Source of the DNA: Spongospora subterranea f. sp. subterranea
Taxonomy: Eukaryota
NCBI GenBank assembly: GCA_049724395.1
Contig: JAUGWO010000057.1
Coordinates: 62,001-126,000 of the forward strand
Direction: 5' to 3'
DNA: 64,000 nt
Of this stretch, positions 51,901-64,000 are shown in pieces (position 1 is the stretch's first letter; every line of letters starts with the position of its first letter). The notes under the pieces are model-generated. The model did no database searches. It was given only the letters and a program-made list of their open reading frames with translations, and was not told the DNA's origin. The translations under genes were made by a program, and so were the position numbers.

Positions 51901-52560
51901 ACGACGATGAAGTATCGTCTTTGCCAAGCAGATGTACAGCCATATTCTGACACTTGAGGATTTATGGTCATCAAGACGAGCTTGTACACCATCAGGTTAA
52001 TTTGAGCTATTGTTAAACGGTTGTTCTAATTGATGTACGCTCTTTTTAAACTGTCAATGCCAGATCTTAGCAGCGCAGCGGTCGCAAGGCCCAGTATCAG
52101 GTTTGGCCGTTAGTCAGGTGAGATAAATTCGTCAGCGCATTGATTTGATCACATCCACAGACAAATGTTCAATTTTTGCTGAGCGGATTCGATGTCAAAA
52201 TAAAACAACACAAAGTTATCCAAAAAATGACTATTTTTCAGTATATTTAAACAAAACAACCTATACAAATCCTTGCTCGCTGTTAGAATAAATCCAAGTC
52301 ACTTTCCTTCTTTGAATGTTCCCAATTTAAGGCAGAGTGGCACCATGTGGGCGGTCCCGATCCGCCCCAAAAATATCTTGATAGACACTGTGGCAGTCAC
52401 ATGTAACGGGAACACTTGGGCATTCCACAGTTAATCTCCCACTGGGAATGACTGTAACATCACAGCACGTAGGCTGTAGGGTGCGTGCAGGGTTGGCCAG
52501 TCGCGCAGTAGACAGGACATTCATTCATCAAAATACCTTTGTCGAGCATCAACCAGAAAG

Positions 52561-53253
52561 ATGGTGGCCTCAGGAATGCCCGAGATCAAAGTGACATATT
52601 TCGACCTTGCTGGGCGAGCTGAATCGATCCGCTTGGCGCTCTACATTAATGGGGTCGCGTTCACCGATGATCGGTTCACCAACGAAGAGTGGCCCAAGAT
52701 CAAACCGACCACTCCGTTCGGACAGGTGCCGACCATGACTATTGATGGAAAGCAGTATGCACAAACCGGTGCCCTTCTTCGCTATGCCGGCCGCATCACC
52801 GGTATGCATCCATCAGACCCCATCAAAGCGCTTCCCATTGAAATGATCTGCGACGCATTCGACGACGTCACCATTGCAATGCGACCGCTATTTTCTGAAA
52901 AAGATCAACAGAAAAAGGAAGAATTCGCTAAAGAATTTATATGCGAGGCACTTCCGCGATTAATGTCAGCAATTGACAAGTTGGTCACAAAGGACGATCC
53001 TAAGTTCTGTGTTGGGAACTCGATGTCGATCGCGGACTTGACCACCTTCAACATGTTCAGCTGGCTAAAATCAGGTTCTGTCAAGCGCTATATTGCAAAT
53101 GAACTTTTTACTGAATGACAATCCATTTTAGGCAGAATCCCTGGCTTGCCGAAAGATTGTACCGATCAGTTTAAGAATCTGACCCGAGTTTTTGAGACTG
53201 TTCGCAACCACCCTAAAGTGGTTGAATGGCACACCAAACATCAACCTCTGTAG
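52561..53253 (+). CDS. Glutathione S-transferase (sigma-like), close paralogue of 50079
   Basis: Same motifs and same intron position. Confidence 0.93.
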
Positions 53254-53410
53254 GCGACTGACATCTACTAGCGCCAGTGCTTGTCAAATAAACCGCGTTT
53301 TCGCTCAGCCTCTTTGTATCAGTTTGTATTACATCGCATGGTCGTCTTTCAACAGCTCCGTACTAGGAAAGGCATTAAAAAACGGTATAGCAAATCCCAC
53401 TCAACGCTGG

Positions 53411-53858
53411 GGACTATGGTTGGGAAATTGTCAGTGCTAGATTTACTTGCCAGACAGGAGAAGGTGATAGTTGACAAGGGGTACGGTAACCTCTTTTCAT
53501 CACCTGAAGGGGTCAAGAATCGCGTCCGGTGGACCGTCGCAGTTCTGCAACCGCCGGAGCTAGGCGCGTTGATGAAAGAAAAGATATTGGTTCGGAACAC
53601 CAGTTCACTAGCCGCGAAAGCCTTCACTTCAGCAACGGTCTCCACCTTGCTGACCAACGTCTTCACAAAGTCACGCCAACATCGGTGAAGGCTGGTGTTC
53701 CGAACCATTGTCTCCTCTTTCATCAACGCGCCTAGCTCCGGCGGTCCACCGAACACGATTCTTGACCCCTTCAGGTGATGAAAAGAGGTCTTGTCCATCA
53801 TCACCTTCTCCTTGTCTGGCCAGTAAATCTAACACCGACAACTTCCCAACCATAGTCC
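53411..53858. repeat. Fold-back inverted repeat #7: arms 53411-53627 and 53685-53858
   Basis: Reverse-complement arms with substitutions and three deletions in the right arm. Confidence 0.9.
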
Positions 53859-54335
53859 TGAACATCTAATCGATAGTATGTCCTTCTGGACGGTACCTGC
53901 CGCGGTCGGCAATCCTCGAACAAGCTCCTGCTTGATCCAGTTTCGTACCTCGGTCCCAGTCACAACCCCTGAATCCCTATCCAGTTCGTGTATAGCCATA
54001 ACGGCCAGGTTCTCCGGCTCGATCATCGTGTCGACGTCTCTTGCTGTGTCGGACCTTCCAGCATCAGCAAATCGCAATTCCTATCTTTCCAGCTCCTTCA
54101 GGAACTTTACCAAATGGTTCCCCTGCATTCCGGCCAATCTCGGCGCGGCTATGATTTCCGTGATGTCACCAGCCCGACCTCGTACTCGCTGACCATCACT
54201 TCCCTTCCCATTCTGATTGTTGATGGAGCTCGCCTCCGGATCGTCACCCAGATTGATTGGTATCCCAGCACCCATTTCAGCCATCTCCTTATCAACGATC
54301 ATTATGACATTCCACTCAACGCTGGATGAGGACAT
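53640..54335 (-). mobile_element. Probable gypsy gag fragment inserted in the GST duplication unit
   Basis: Interrupted ORF APRLAG..LVKFLKELER*..EVRNWIKQEL, loosely like the gag at 26538 (DLYDWLKDQL). It breaks collinearity with the GST 50079 unit. Confidence 0.45.
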
Positions 54336-55699
54336 GTCATGCTCCTTACATCAGGGGGTGATTAATCCTTATGCATAAGGATTCCGAGAAGGAATCTGGA
54401 CCTGCGGTAATCCATACCGCGACGATTTGGCAAATGAGTTTCACCAGTGAACCACTGGACATCCTATTCGGCCGTAATCCGAGTCGGCAACGTCTGCTGG
54501 ATCTCGGTACTGGCTCTCAGGGCGTCGGTTCGACGGGTCAGTCCAGAAACCTACGTTGGTCGGGGATATATCTCTTCTAAAACCCTATCGAACATGAACA
54601 TTGTGGTTCATTCTCAATCTATTTGTATAGCAGTTTTACCTGGTCTACTCATTTTCAACACTATCCTGCCGGGGCATCTTGAAATTCGATATCGGGTCTG
54701 GTTCGGGTTAATTGGCCACAGCAGAGCAAGTGCTCTCTGTGATGTCTGACCAAAACCGGAGCGACTCAATCAAGTTAACAGGAATGATAGTCTTTTCCAG
54801 GGTGAAATCTCATTCTTGATCTCTTGGTGAACCCGCGATCTGCTGTTTTTGCACAAAACTGCAAATCCCACGGCGAATTTGCGAGATCCGTCCTTGAGTT
54901 CGACCGTGAAAACAACAAGCCGATCAGTTCCTGCTGTGTTGATGATTCATATGACGGTGGTCAGCTCCATCAATTCGGACGCTATTAATGGACCAAAATG
55001 CTTCCGGTGATGGGGATTTTCGATTACATTAAATTGGGTACGTCGAGGGCGGCACGATCGACGCCATGTCTACGATGTTTGTAGATGCATGATCAGCTGC
55101 AGCGAGTTACAAGATGAGACAAGAACGCTGCTGCAACAACGCACATAACATCATTCTCCACCAATCCCTCATATGTGGTGCACGACGACACAGAAAGACA
55201 TGTCCCGGTCGCTTTCAGCTCGGGAGCAATTCGGCGGGTTTCAGAGGAAAACAAGTCGTCAATGACGTCAGCTCTTGCTTTCAACTGAACAAACGGGTAA
55301 GACACCAAAAGGACGACGAGACGCAACATTGTCGACAGGCCGATTTAGCGCCACTCTTCACAACTTCATCATTTAGGGTAATGAAGACGAATTTGTATAA
55401 GTCATTTTAATACGACGGCATCGGGTTCAAATGGCATTGTTAAATCACTACCAGGTATCGCTCATTTTGCACTTAGAAAAAATGAAATCTACACGTAAAT
55501 TGTAACTCCTCAATTGAAACCGTCACGACTTTGTTCAGCAGTACATCGTCGATGCGATCTTAGCCCACGTTGAAAACGTACATATATGGGTGTATCAACC
55601 GTCTAGTAATATCATATCATCGGGAAGAACTCTGCTGGCCTGACAATTAATGTACTCATTGGGCTTCCTATCTGTGCGGTTTTGTCACGATAGAACAGT

Positions 55700-57250
55700 T
55701 TCCCACGGGAAAAGAGCTTGCCTCAAACACATTGGCGTAAGGAGTCTGACTTTGATCACAACATCATTTTAATCCAACTAAAACTGAGATAAATCCGTAT
55801 CTGATACTACTGTATTTGAGGTGAATTACAGAAACACTAATTCTAAACCACATTTACAGGAGAATGGTATTTCACATGGATCCAGTATAAGTGTGTTGCT
55901 GTGGATAATCTACATATATGACGCCCCTATAGAGGATAATAACAGTAATGTGTATGTGGATGACACAATACAAAGGGCTAATGAAGACACAATACAGGAA
56001 GTACTTACAAAACTGAGAAGTGATAGCACCAAATTACAGCAATGCTATAAAGACAACTGGATCAAAATCCTATGGCTTTAAGCAAATATCTTATTCAATG
56101 AGTACTCACCTGATGACAAAGTGTCTATTAATGGACAAACTATTCAAACAACAGAAACAGTGCAATACTTAGGAGCAACACTCAACTCCAACAAGGAAAA
56201 TAACCACTCATCCTTCACTATACGACTGACAGAAGTGGCCAAAGCTATCAGAAAAAACTGTAAACTGGTCATGAGAAATAAGAAAATACCGGATACCATA
56301 CAGAATGAGGATTTATAGAAGCGAAACTGAACTATTACCTACCCTGGTTGGCAGGTGAAATCAACAAGAACATGAAAAGGACATTAGAACCCATTGAGGC
56401 AGCATATAAGGCCTACATGAGAACATATGCAGGCTGTTTCAAATCAACACCAATTCCCATATCATGCAATCTCAGCTCAGAAAAAGAGTACACCAGAAGA
56501 GTATGGGGCAATCAAGAAACACAAAAACGGCAAACTTTTACCAAACGACCCAAACATCGAGATATGGACAGGTGGCAGTTTTAAACGTGACCGGTGGATG
56601 TGCTGCAGCACTTTTGCTTAGAAACCGAAGTAAAAGAGTCGGAACCAAAGTCCAATTAGGATCGAAAGTGACATTCTCGTACTAATGTGAGATTGCCGCC
56701 GTGAACGCGGGACTGGATATCGCGACAATCAGGGCACAAATATACTCCTTATGACCGATTCCCTGTCATGGATAAGCCAGCTTAAATCACTACCGACAAA
56801 GCCAAGAGGAGTTAACGCCATCTTTGCTGAATGTGCTAGAAAACTGGCAGAGGTGACCAACGAGAACCAAGAGGATATTCACTTTATTCCTAGCCATGTA
56901 CCAGACATGGATAAGACAGAAAATGCAGATCACTCGATCCAATCGCAAAAACAATCAACATTGGACGGAGCGAAGAGATCGACGAAATCGCTAAACACAG
57001 AATAGAGACAGGAGATGAAATAGAACATGATCAGCTCTATCATCGTTAATCGAGACCAATTTATTGAACGAAGGATAAAAGCAAGTGGATTCGTTGGTTG
57101 GTTATTTGGATAGATCACCGTACATGAAGCGACAAATCAACACCAATGAGATAGACAGATGGCCTCAGCCGGTGTTCAATCAAGCACGGACAGGACACTC
57201 ATGTGCACGACAACATCTGAAAAACCTGAGAATGGATTTGAAACTTTGTA
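55700..57250 (+). mobile_element. Degenerate non-LTR (LINE) retrotransposon, RT plus RNase H
   Basis: GISHGSSISVLLWIIYIYDAP...YVDD, VQYLGATL, RNase H-like IWTGGS, TDSLS, FIPSHV...NAD. A-rich plus strand. Confidence 0.85.
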
Positions 57251-58006
57251 GCCGAAGGAAAAATCACTAGGCACATTTTTGGGTTTTCTGACTGCTATGG
57301 GCCGACATTTCTCAAGTTTGTCATTTGTGTGCGTTTTATGCCCGTATGTTTGTTGCTGGCCGGCATGTGGCAGGTGTGCGTCCAACGGTCGAACGGTTGG
57401 TAAACCTAGTCAATCTCGGTAAACCGTCGGCGCTGCGACCCATTCACCAATATTTTTATGGCCTTGGTCCAGGCGAGTGTTCCCGTGTTCAGGTCAGGGG
57501 ATTAAATCGTCGAACCTTAACCCAGTCTCTGGACCGGGCCATCCCAGACTCGCACTCCCTGTGTTATCACAGTTCTCACGACGCCAATGGCAAATCTGGG
57601 ATGACCTGGTCTAGCGATTCGGCCACAATGTTCGAAGATGGCGCAACATCACGATCTTGAAGGCGGTGTTGGAGGCTATGTCGTGTGCTTGATACAATCG
57701 GGCGTTATTGTAAGTCGTCAAGATCAAAACAAGTGTGTTGGAGTGAGTTGTATTGGTTGACTGTACTACAGACAGACCCTACCATTTAAGTGTCCTGGTG
57801 TAATATACGGTGAGAGCATTAGAGTGTGACTGTGTGTAGTGCACCATTGGAGCGGGTCGGTGAGTGATTGCACACTGTAGAGTGCCATATGATTGTGTCG
57901 CCAAATCGCCAACCGACTCCAGTGTGATCAGGTACCGCACTTGGGCAAAAACACCTTGCAATCGCTGTCGCGGTATTTTGTTTTTTCTTGGAGTTGACGA
58001 TAGACA

Positions 58007-58690
58007 ATGGCGTCATGTTCGCCCGATATCAAACTCACATACTTCGACATGACCGGCATTGCTGAGACCATCCGCCTCGCTTTCTACATCGCCGATGTCT
58101 CATTCGTTGACGAGCGGATCGCTTTTGCCGATTGGCCCAAGCTGAAACCGTCCACTCCGTTCGGCGGTTTGCCAATAATGGTGATGGACGGAAAGACGTA
58201 TGCCCAATCGCGACCCCTTTTACGATATGCTGGAAAACGAACAGGAATTCATCCCGATGACCCTCTTGCGGCTCTCGAGATCGAGATGATCGTCGACGGG
58301 TTGTATGATATATTCGTGGCGATGGGCACGGTTCGTCAAGACAAGGACCCGCAAAGCAAAGTACAACGGCAAATGGAGTTCAAGGAGAAAATCTTTCCGC
58401 ACATGATGTCGTCCATTGACGATCTTGTCGGCAAGACAAATCCTAACTACTGTATCGGCGAATCGCTCACCATTGCCGATCTGATGCTCTACAATGTGCT
58501 GGATTTTTTTCAAAAAGGTTTTGTTTCTACATTGGATTTTCACAACACATTCACCGAGTTTGTTCCTATTGCAGGGGTGGTTGATTTCATGCCCAAAGAT
58601 TGCACCAAGCCGTACGCGAATTCATCCAAAATTCATGACCATGTTGTGAAACATGGTAAAGTTGCCCAATGGCGTCAGAAGCATTCTTAG
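58007..58690 (+). CDS. Glutathione S-transferase (sigma-like), intron 58518-58574
   Basis: KLTYFDMTGIAETIRL, TPFGGLP, AQS..LLRY, LTIADL. Confidence 0.93.
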   Translation: MASCSPDIKLTYFDMTGIAETIRLAFYIADVSFVDERIAFADWPKLKPSTPFGGLPIMVMDGKTYAQSRPLLRYAGKRTGIHPDDPLAALEIEMIVDGLYDIFVAMGTVRQDKDPQSKVQRQMEFKEKIFPHMMSSIDDLVGKTNPNYCIGESLTIADLMLYNVLDFFQKGFVSTLDFHNTFTEFVPIAGVVDFMPKDCTKPYANSSKIHDHVVKHGKVAQWRQKHS

Positions 58691-61224
58691 ACAAGCAGCC
58701 GTTGTACAATGCTCCCTTATGTACGAAATTTCAAAATTTTGTTCTTGATTACGTAAACTCGCTAGATACGGCTGGCAGATTGATTTCCTTCTAAATTTCT
58801 ACAGTCAGTATTCCACATTTTAGCGACCGCTTGGATCTTTGGTTCATTGACTTCTTCAATCACGCAATGATCAAGCGTTGCCCGCAAATCGCCATTTTAG
58901 CGAAACCTTGTGAATCGCTTCCACCACGACCCTCTGAAGGCACCTCAGATCAGCGCCTGTTCCCTTGTTGTTTAACGGTTTTGAAAGCGTACTTGAAACA
59001 CCTTTGACGTGCCAAAACAGCAATGTTTATGTCCGCATTGAGCCATTCTCTCTTTACATAAAGCGCTTACACATCACCCATCAAATGGTGTTTTTTTGTG
59101 TTCCCGCAATGAACTCACAAATTTCGTGCAGGGGTGTGGACAACACATCTTGATCTTGGAAGCCAATTCGCCGACTACTACACTACAGGAAAGATATTGA
59201 CGCGTTGTTGCACTGATATAGATGTAGCGACATCGCACTCGCATGGTGCCCTCAGCCGGACCAGAACCCTTACTCTCGCAGTGCGCTGGTACCAACGCCA
59301 CCACGCCATGCATCAATGGTAGCGCCATGTGGCTGGTTATACCAGCCATCGGCGAATTGTCTTTCAGGATCAAGATGTGTAAGCTCATCCCACTAACGCC
59401 TGGTCTGTAAATATACTATCCAATACTAGCCCTTCAAAACTTTCGAGGATTCGTTTTTCGATTTCCAGTTCTGGGCGACTTTTGTTCTAAGTCTGACGGA
59501 TCCAGGTTCTGTCGATACAAGAGATCAGCAGAGGCCCTAAACGGTTGTGAAGATCGAATATCGTTGAGCAATCTGCGGTTTGCTTCCGACAGATCAGGCC
59601 AAGAGTCGCCAGAACTTGAAATTGAAAGAATGGATAGAGCATCCGACCTGGCACGAAGCCACTGTCGAATGGTGCAACAACGCGTTCGTTTAAACCTTTC
59701 CAATCTGGTTCTTCATGTCCAGAGTATAACGCAAATGCTTGGAATCATGTATAGCGAGCCCCAGCGGTTGCCGAAATCCGCACAAACATTATCTTCAACA
59801 AAAATGTGTTCAACGCGATAGTTATGATAATTGATCTGCAGTTTGGATGGCTCGGGACGGTCACCACTAATGCGACTTGTGGAATTGCAATTAAAAAAAT
59901 CAAACAGCATATCCTTCAGACAATGGGATCGTTCAATATGATGAAATGAATTTGTTTGCAAATAATTTGACTAGTGGACTTGACTCTTTTTGAACTGATC
60001 AGATATGAACAAAGAATTGGTCTATGATGCTGACAAGGTTTCGTGATGTCATCAGACGCGATCTTGGTGAGGGTGTTCTGGACAGCAGAGAACAGAGGGG
60101 CAGAGGCAACAACTGTGAATAGCGATTGAACAGGATCGAAACGGGATCGGTTGATGGGTAGTCTAACTGTATGGATATGGATTATAAAAGTGATTGTGAA
60201 GATTTGCGCCAAGAAGACGAATTCCGTATTGTGGACGATCCGTCTGTGAATCTGAGCTGAAAATGCCAATGACTTTGAGGGAATTCATCTCCAAAGAGGG
60301 AGTAAATCACATGATCAGCAGTCGGGCAAGGTTTCTCCTGATTTTGAACTGACACGACGGTACGAATAAAACACATTCAAAATCAAAAGGGATGTCATAG
60401 TAAAATATGCGAAAATACGTCGAAAAAGCAGCACTATCATCAGGTCTTTCTGTTCACGATGCTCGGAATGGGCTCGCATTGCCTTCAAATACTTGCACAT
60501 CCAGCGATCATTGACAGCCCGGGACAAGAATCAGACTTGTACAAGAACTCAATGTGATAAGCTCAGGGCAACAAACTACTGTGATAACAAACCTGTTTCT
60601 TTGGTGTATGATTTTGGCGTCACCGGACAAACTTTCTGTTCCCTTCACCGTTTAAGTTTGACAAAGTTGTTAATATTCCACATTGTCCTTGACAGTGACC
60701 CGAGCGTGTCAATCAATTAAAGGGATTGCGGCGAATCCACGTGATTGCGTCATGAAAACACGTCACGTATCAAAATCACCATATCAACGTAACTCGTAGT
60801 TTCCCTGGCCTCCTTGCGAGACGACCGCTGGCCCCATCGGAAATCCCGCTGTTCGTTTGAGAACAATTAGTTACTGGTGTGAGGTCTGTGTGAACCCGAA
60901 TAATTATATCCGAATGGGCTTAGAAAACAAAATGTCCCAAAATTGATTGCTTATTCAGATACGAGGTTAATTTTAATCAAAACCGGAGTTGGTCTCAATA
61001 TGATTCTTGGCCGGCCAAAAACTCCACGGCGGGAGTAATGCGCTCGGATCGATCTCTGGCGATCGCGTTGATTGTCTCTACTGCGGCGAATGGTCCAGCT
61101 GGATCGGTGCCGGAAGATGGGTCTTCTGTCGTCAAAAGCGGGTGAGACATGGCGCCAGGGCGCCTTCCAAGTACCTGATGGCCATCCAGCAGCTCAAGCC
61201 TCGTCGATCCCCGCCCTGAAGCAG

Positions 61225-62547
61225 ATGTCTTTGCCGTCCAGGAAGCGACGCTTGGCCGGTCTGCAATGGGGTCCTCTAAAGAATCGCTACATTCTGTTCG
61301 GTTATGGGCGGGCTCATATCGAGGCGAATCCTCCTCCGCCGCCGCCGCCGCCACCGCCGACCCTGAAACAGGCGGCGGCTAGGGCGCCGCCCGGCCAATT
61401 TCTCTCGTGCTTGTGCAACGGCAAGAGAGCCGATTGCCGCATTCGCATCTGTAACAATGACCTGTCAGTTACGTTACGCGCACCGGCACATTACACGGCC
61501 GGTAACATTACGAGCGTGACGTTACCGGCCGTCATTTTTCGTTAATTGTTCGTCGAATTTCCCGAATTTTTATTGTGATTAATTGATGAATTCTGGAACC
61601 CGGTTTATTTCAGATCATCAATATTCAATGCTCGTCTGGCCGATGATCGTACATCAACGTGATTTCGTCATTTGTGATGCTTGACCTGAGTTATAGCCCA
61701 TTTTTTTTTGAATTCATCGTGTCTTTAGAGTGCTTACTGTTTTATCTGATTATTCTTCGTTTGTAGGACGTGTGGTATGATTCGAAAGTGTATGGCGCCT
61801 GGTCAATGGCTCACTGACGATATAGGTAAATTAATTTTCAAATTCTGCTCTCGGAATCTGATTTGATATCACGTTGCCCACCTCGGGTCAATATCCAAGT
61901 AATCTCAGTTTATCACTGCCATTATTGTTCCATCCTCGTGTGCATTTGTTCATCCATAACAGTCTTGTTTTGTGTCTGTTCCAAAATCGAGTCTGAACGC
62001 GGTTTTGTCTGTTATTGCAGTGAACGCCTATTTATCGCTATTAGTCTCATCCTGTCGGCGGACGGCTGCAGTCTCGAGTTTCATGATGACGTCGCTGATC
62101 TCAAATCCCTCTTCGTCCAATGTCCGGCGTTTTCGTTGGACGAAATCGATCGACTGGCTCCAGGTGTCGCTCGCCTTCGTCCCAATCCATCTCGCCGACG
62201 CTTCGCACTGGCTCTTGGCCGTTATCAACGTCGACAATCACACGATCTCCGTTCTCGATTCCCTCCCTTCAAGGTCCACAAAAAAATATGTGTCCTGTCT
62301 GCTGAGTTATGTTCGCGGCGATTGGCGCCAACGAGAACTGCTGGATCAACGGCCATGGACGGTCGCCAAATGGCCAGCGAAAAGGATTCCCACACAGGCG
62401 AATGGCGATGACTGTGGCGTTTTCCTATGCGAATTCACCAGGCGAATTGCGCGTCACCAAGCGGTTGAGTTGATTGACCCAAAGCGAATGAGCGACGTTC
62501 GTCGCAGAATTCAAAGGGAGCTTTTAACTGCCACTGTTGTAATATAG
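61225..62547 (+). CDS. Ulp1/SENP SUMO protease (peptidase C48), multi-exon; start uncertain
   Basis: PGQWLTDDI, NAYLSLL, VPIH...HWLLAVI, VLDSL, PTQANGDDCGVF (His-Asp-Cys triad). Confidence 0.88.
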
Positions 62548-64000
62548 CAAGATCAATATTTATTGACAAAAATTGCGTTGGCGATTTGGGGGTTGTGATG
62601 ATACTTCCAGCAATATTTTTCTTTTCTACGACTGGGGTTTCAATAGCCAGGCACCTATCTGGAAAGTTGCAGACGTTTTCGAAATCTCAGCATGTTCCAT
62701 TCCATTCTGCTTGCAAATTGCAACTAATTTTAGTATTCAGAACCGCATAAGGATGGGAATTTGATGACAAAATGGACGAATACAGTTAACCCGATTTTAA
62801 TTACAGAAATTGTGTCGGGGTTGTCCTTTCGGGCATTAGGTGCTGGTGTTTCCTTTTGAGAGTCTATTCGTGTATTGCGTTGAACGGCGGAAAAAATGGT
62901 GTGATCAAGTTGTTGCAGCCACCAAGACAAAAGAGAATTTCAGATAGATTTATAATTCGATAGGGATCATGATCGAGAGCTGGGCATTTTGAACGAAGAC
63001 AGCGTATTGATCGTGTCAGATACGGTTCAAGAATTCTACGAATTCTTCTTTCCAGGAAGTGGCCAACACCACAACTGTGCGATATCGAATGAATTTGACC
63101 ACTCTGACAGCGAGCAGTGAATATAACAAGAACAAAGCAAAATGGGTTGATTCTCTCACAGCAGCTCTCGGAGAGTATTACAGTGAGTGGCGAACTGGCG
63201 ATACACTGATTACGCCGATGAGGACCAGGTGCATTATTCGTTGGCTTCCGGCAAAGGGCATACGGTTCAAGCATTCGAAGGTGTACGACAAAAGATTGCA
63301 TGATAAGCGTATCTTGTCCCAAAACATGTCTCCGGGTTGGTCAATGCCCACGGCGGCACATGTGGTCTCCTTGACAAATGATTTGGGCAGAGCCACGTCT
63401 TTGAGTTCGGTTGACCAGGTCGCCGTCCGCCCTTGGCCGGTGCCAGTTAAGCGGCCATCAACTGCAGTTGTCTTCACTGTATGTACAGTATACTTATTTT
63501 GCGTTCTTAAACACGTCCATTTTGCAAATGCCGAGCTGATAACTGGGTGAGAGGTTGCGCGCTCTTTATATCCTGCCATGTTTGTAAAAAGTCCAATTTC
63601 GGTTCCCATAATTAACTGATTTATTGAATGTCTAAGTTCGCAAATATAGCCGTGGTTGAGATCTACCAGATCGACGAAGGGGATACTTTGTATCTCTTGC
63701 CGAGTTTTTAAAGATGCCAAAAGCCAATTCTAAAGAAACTTACAACTCTGTTTTGATAATCATGACCGGAGAAGTGTTTCAAAAACCTAGAGTTGAAATT
63801 TTCTCGGGTAATGCTTTGGACATTTTCCATTTTAAGACTAGGACCGCTCTATATAACCCTTGCCGAGTATAAGTCGCCCTGTTGTCGTGCCTACCAACTG
63901 CTTACAGAGTCTGACCCTGTTACAACTGCCCCATTAGATCAATAAACCATTCTGGAATCCGATTGCTGTCTCGCCGTCTTATTTGGTGATCGCCACATCA

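Noticed and set aside
61331..61360. (CCG)n repeat as a separate element
   Set aside because: It encodes a poly-Pro stretch in the putative first exon of the Ulp1 gene.
62864..63720. Overlapping 150-180-aa ORFs at the window end
   Set aside because: No recognisable domain and no coherent exon chain.

Overview
Eukaryotic nuclear DNA with short GT-AG introns of about 50-60 nt. Gene style and transposon content resemble a parasitic protist such as a plasmodiophorid or oomycete-like organism, but that is an impression I cannot verify. The left half (1-32 kb) is mostly nested, degenerate transposons: Ty1/copia, two chromodomain Ty3/gypsy elements, piggyBac-like fragments, a TIR-complete IS630/Tc1/mariner element with a TA target duplication, and a Mutator remnant. 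Among them sits a roughly 26-exon, possibly secreted ankyrin-repeat gene built largely as one repeat per 99-nt exon. The right half holds host genes: mitochondrial aconitase, an elongin A-like gene, four tandem GSTs, a Ulp1 SUMO protease and two orphan secreted proteins. It also has a FAR1/MULE remnant next to a 1.1-kb array of palindromic 31-bp repeats, and a LINE remnant. Four signals are left unexplained. (1) At least seven local fold-back inverted duplications of 40-220 bp and of different ages, mostly at the broken ends of TE fragments. (2) The symmetric exon-cassette ankyrin gene. (3) A structured ~230-nt ncRNA candidate inside an aconitase intron. (4) The hairpin minisatellite. All calls were made by eye, so splice sites and element boundaries are approximate.
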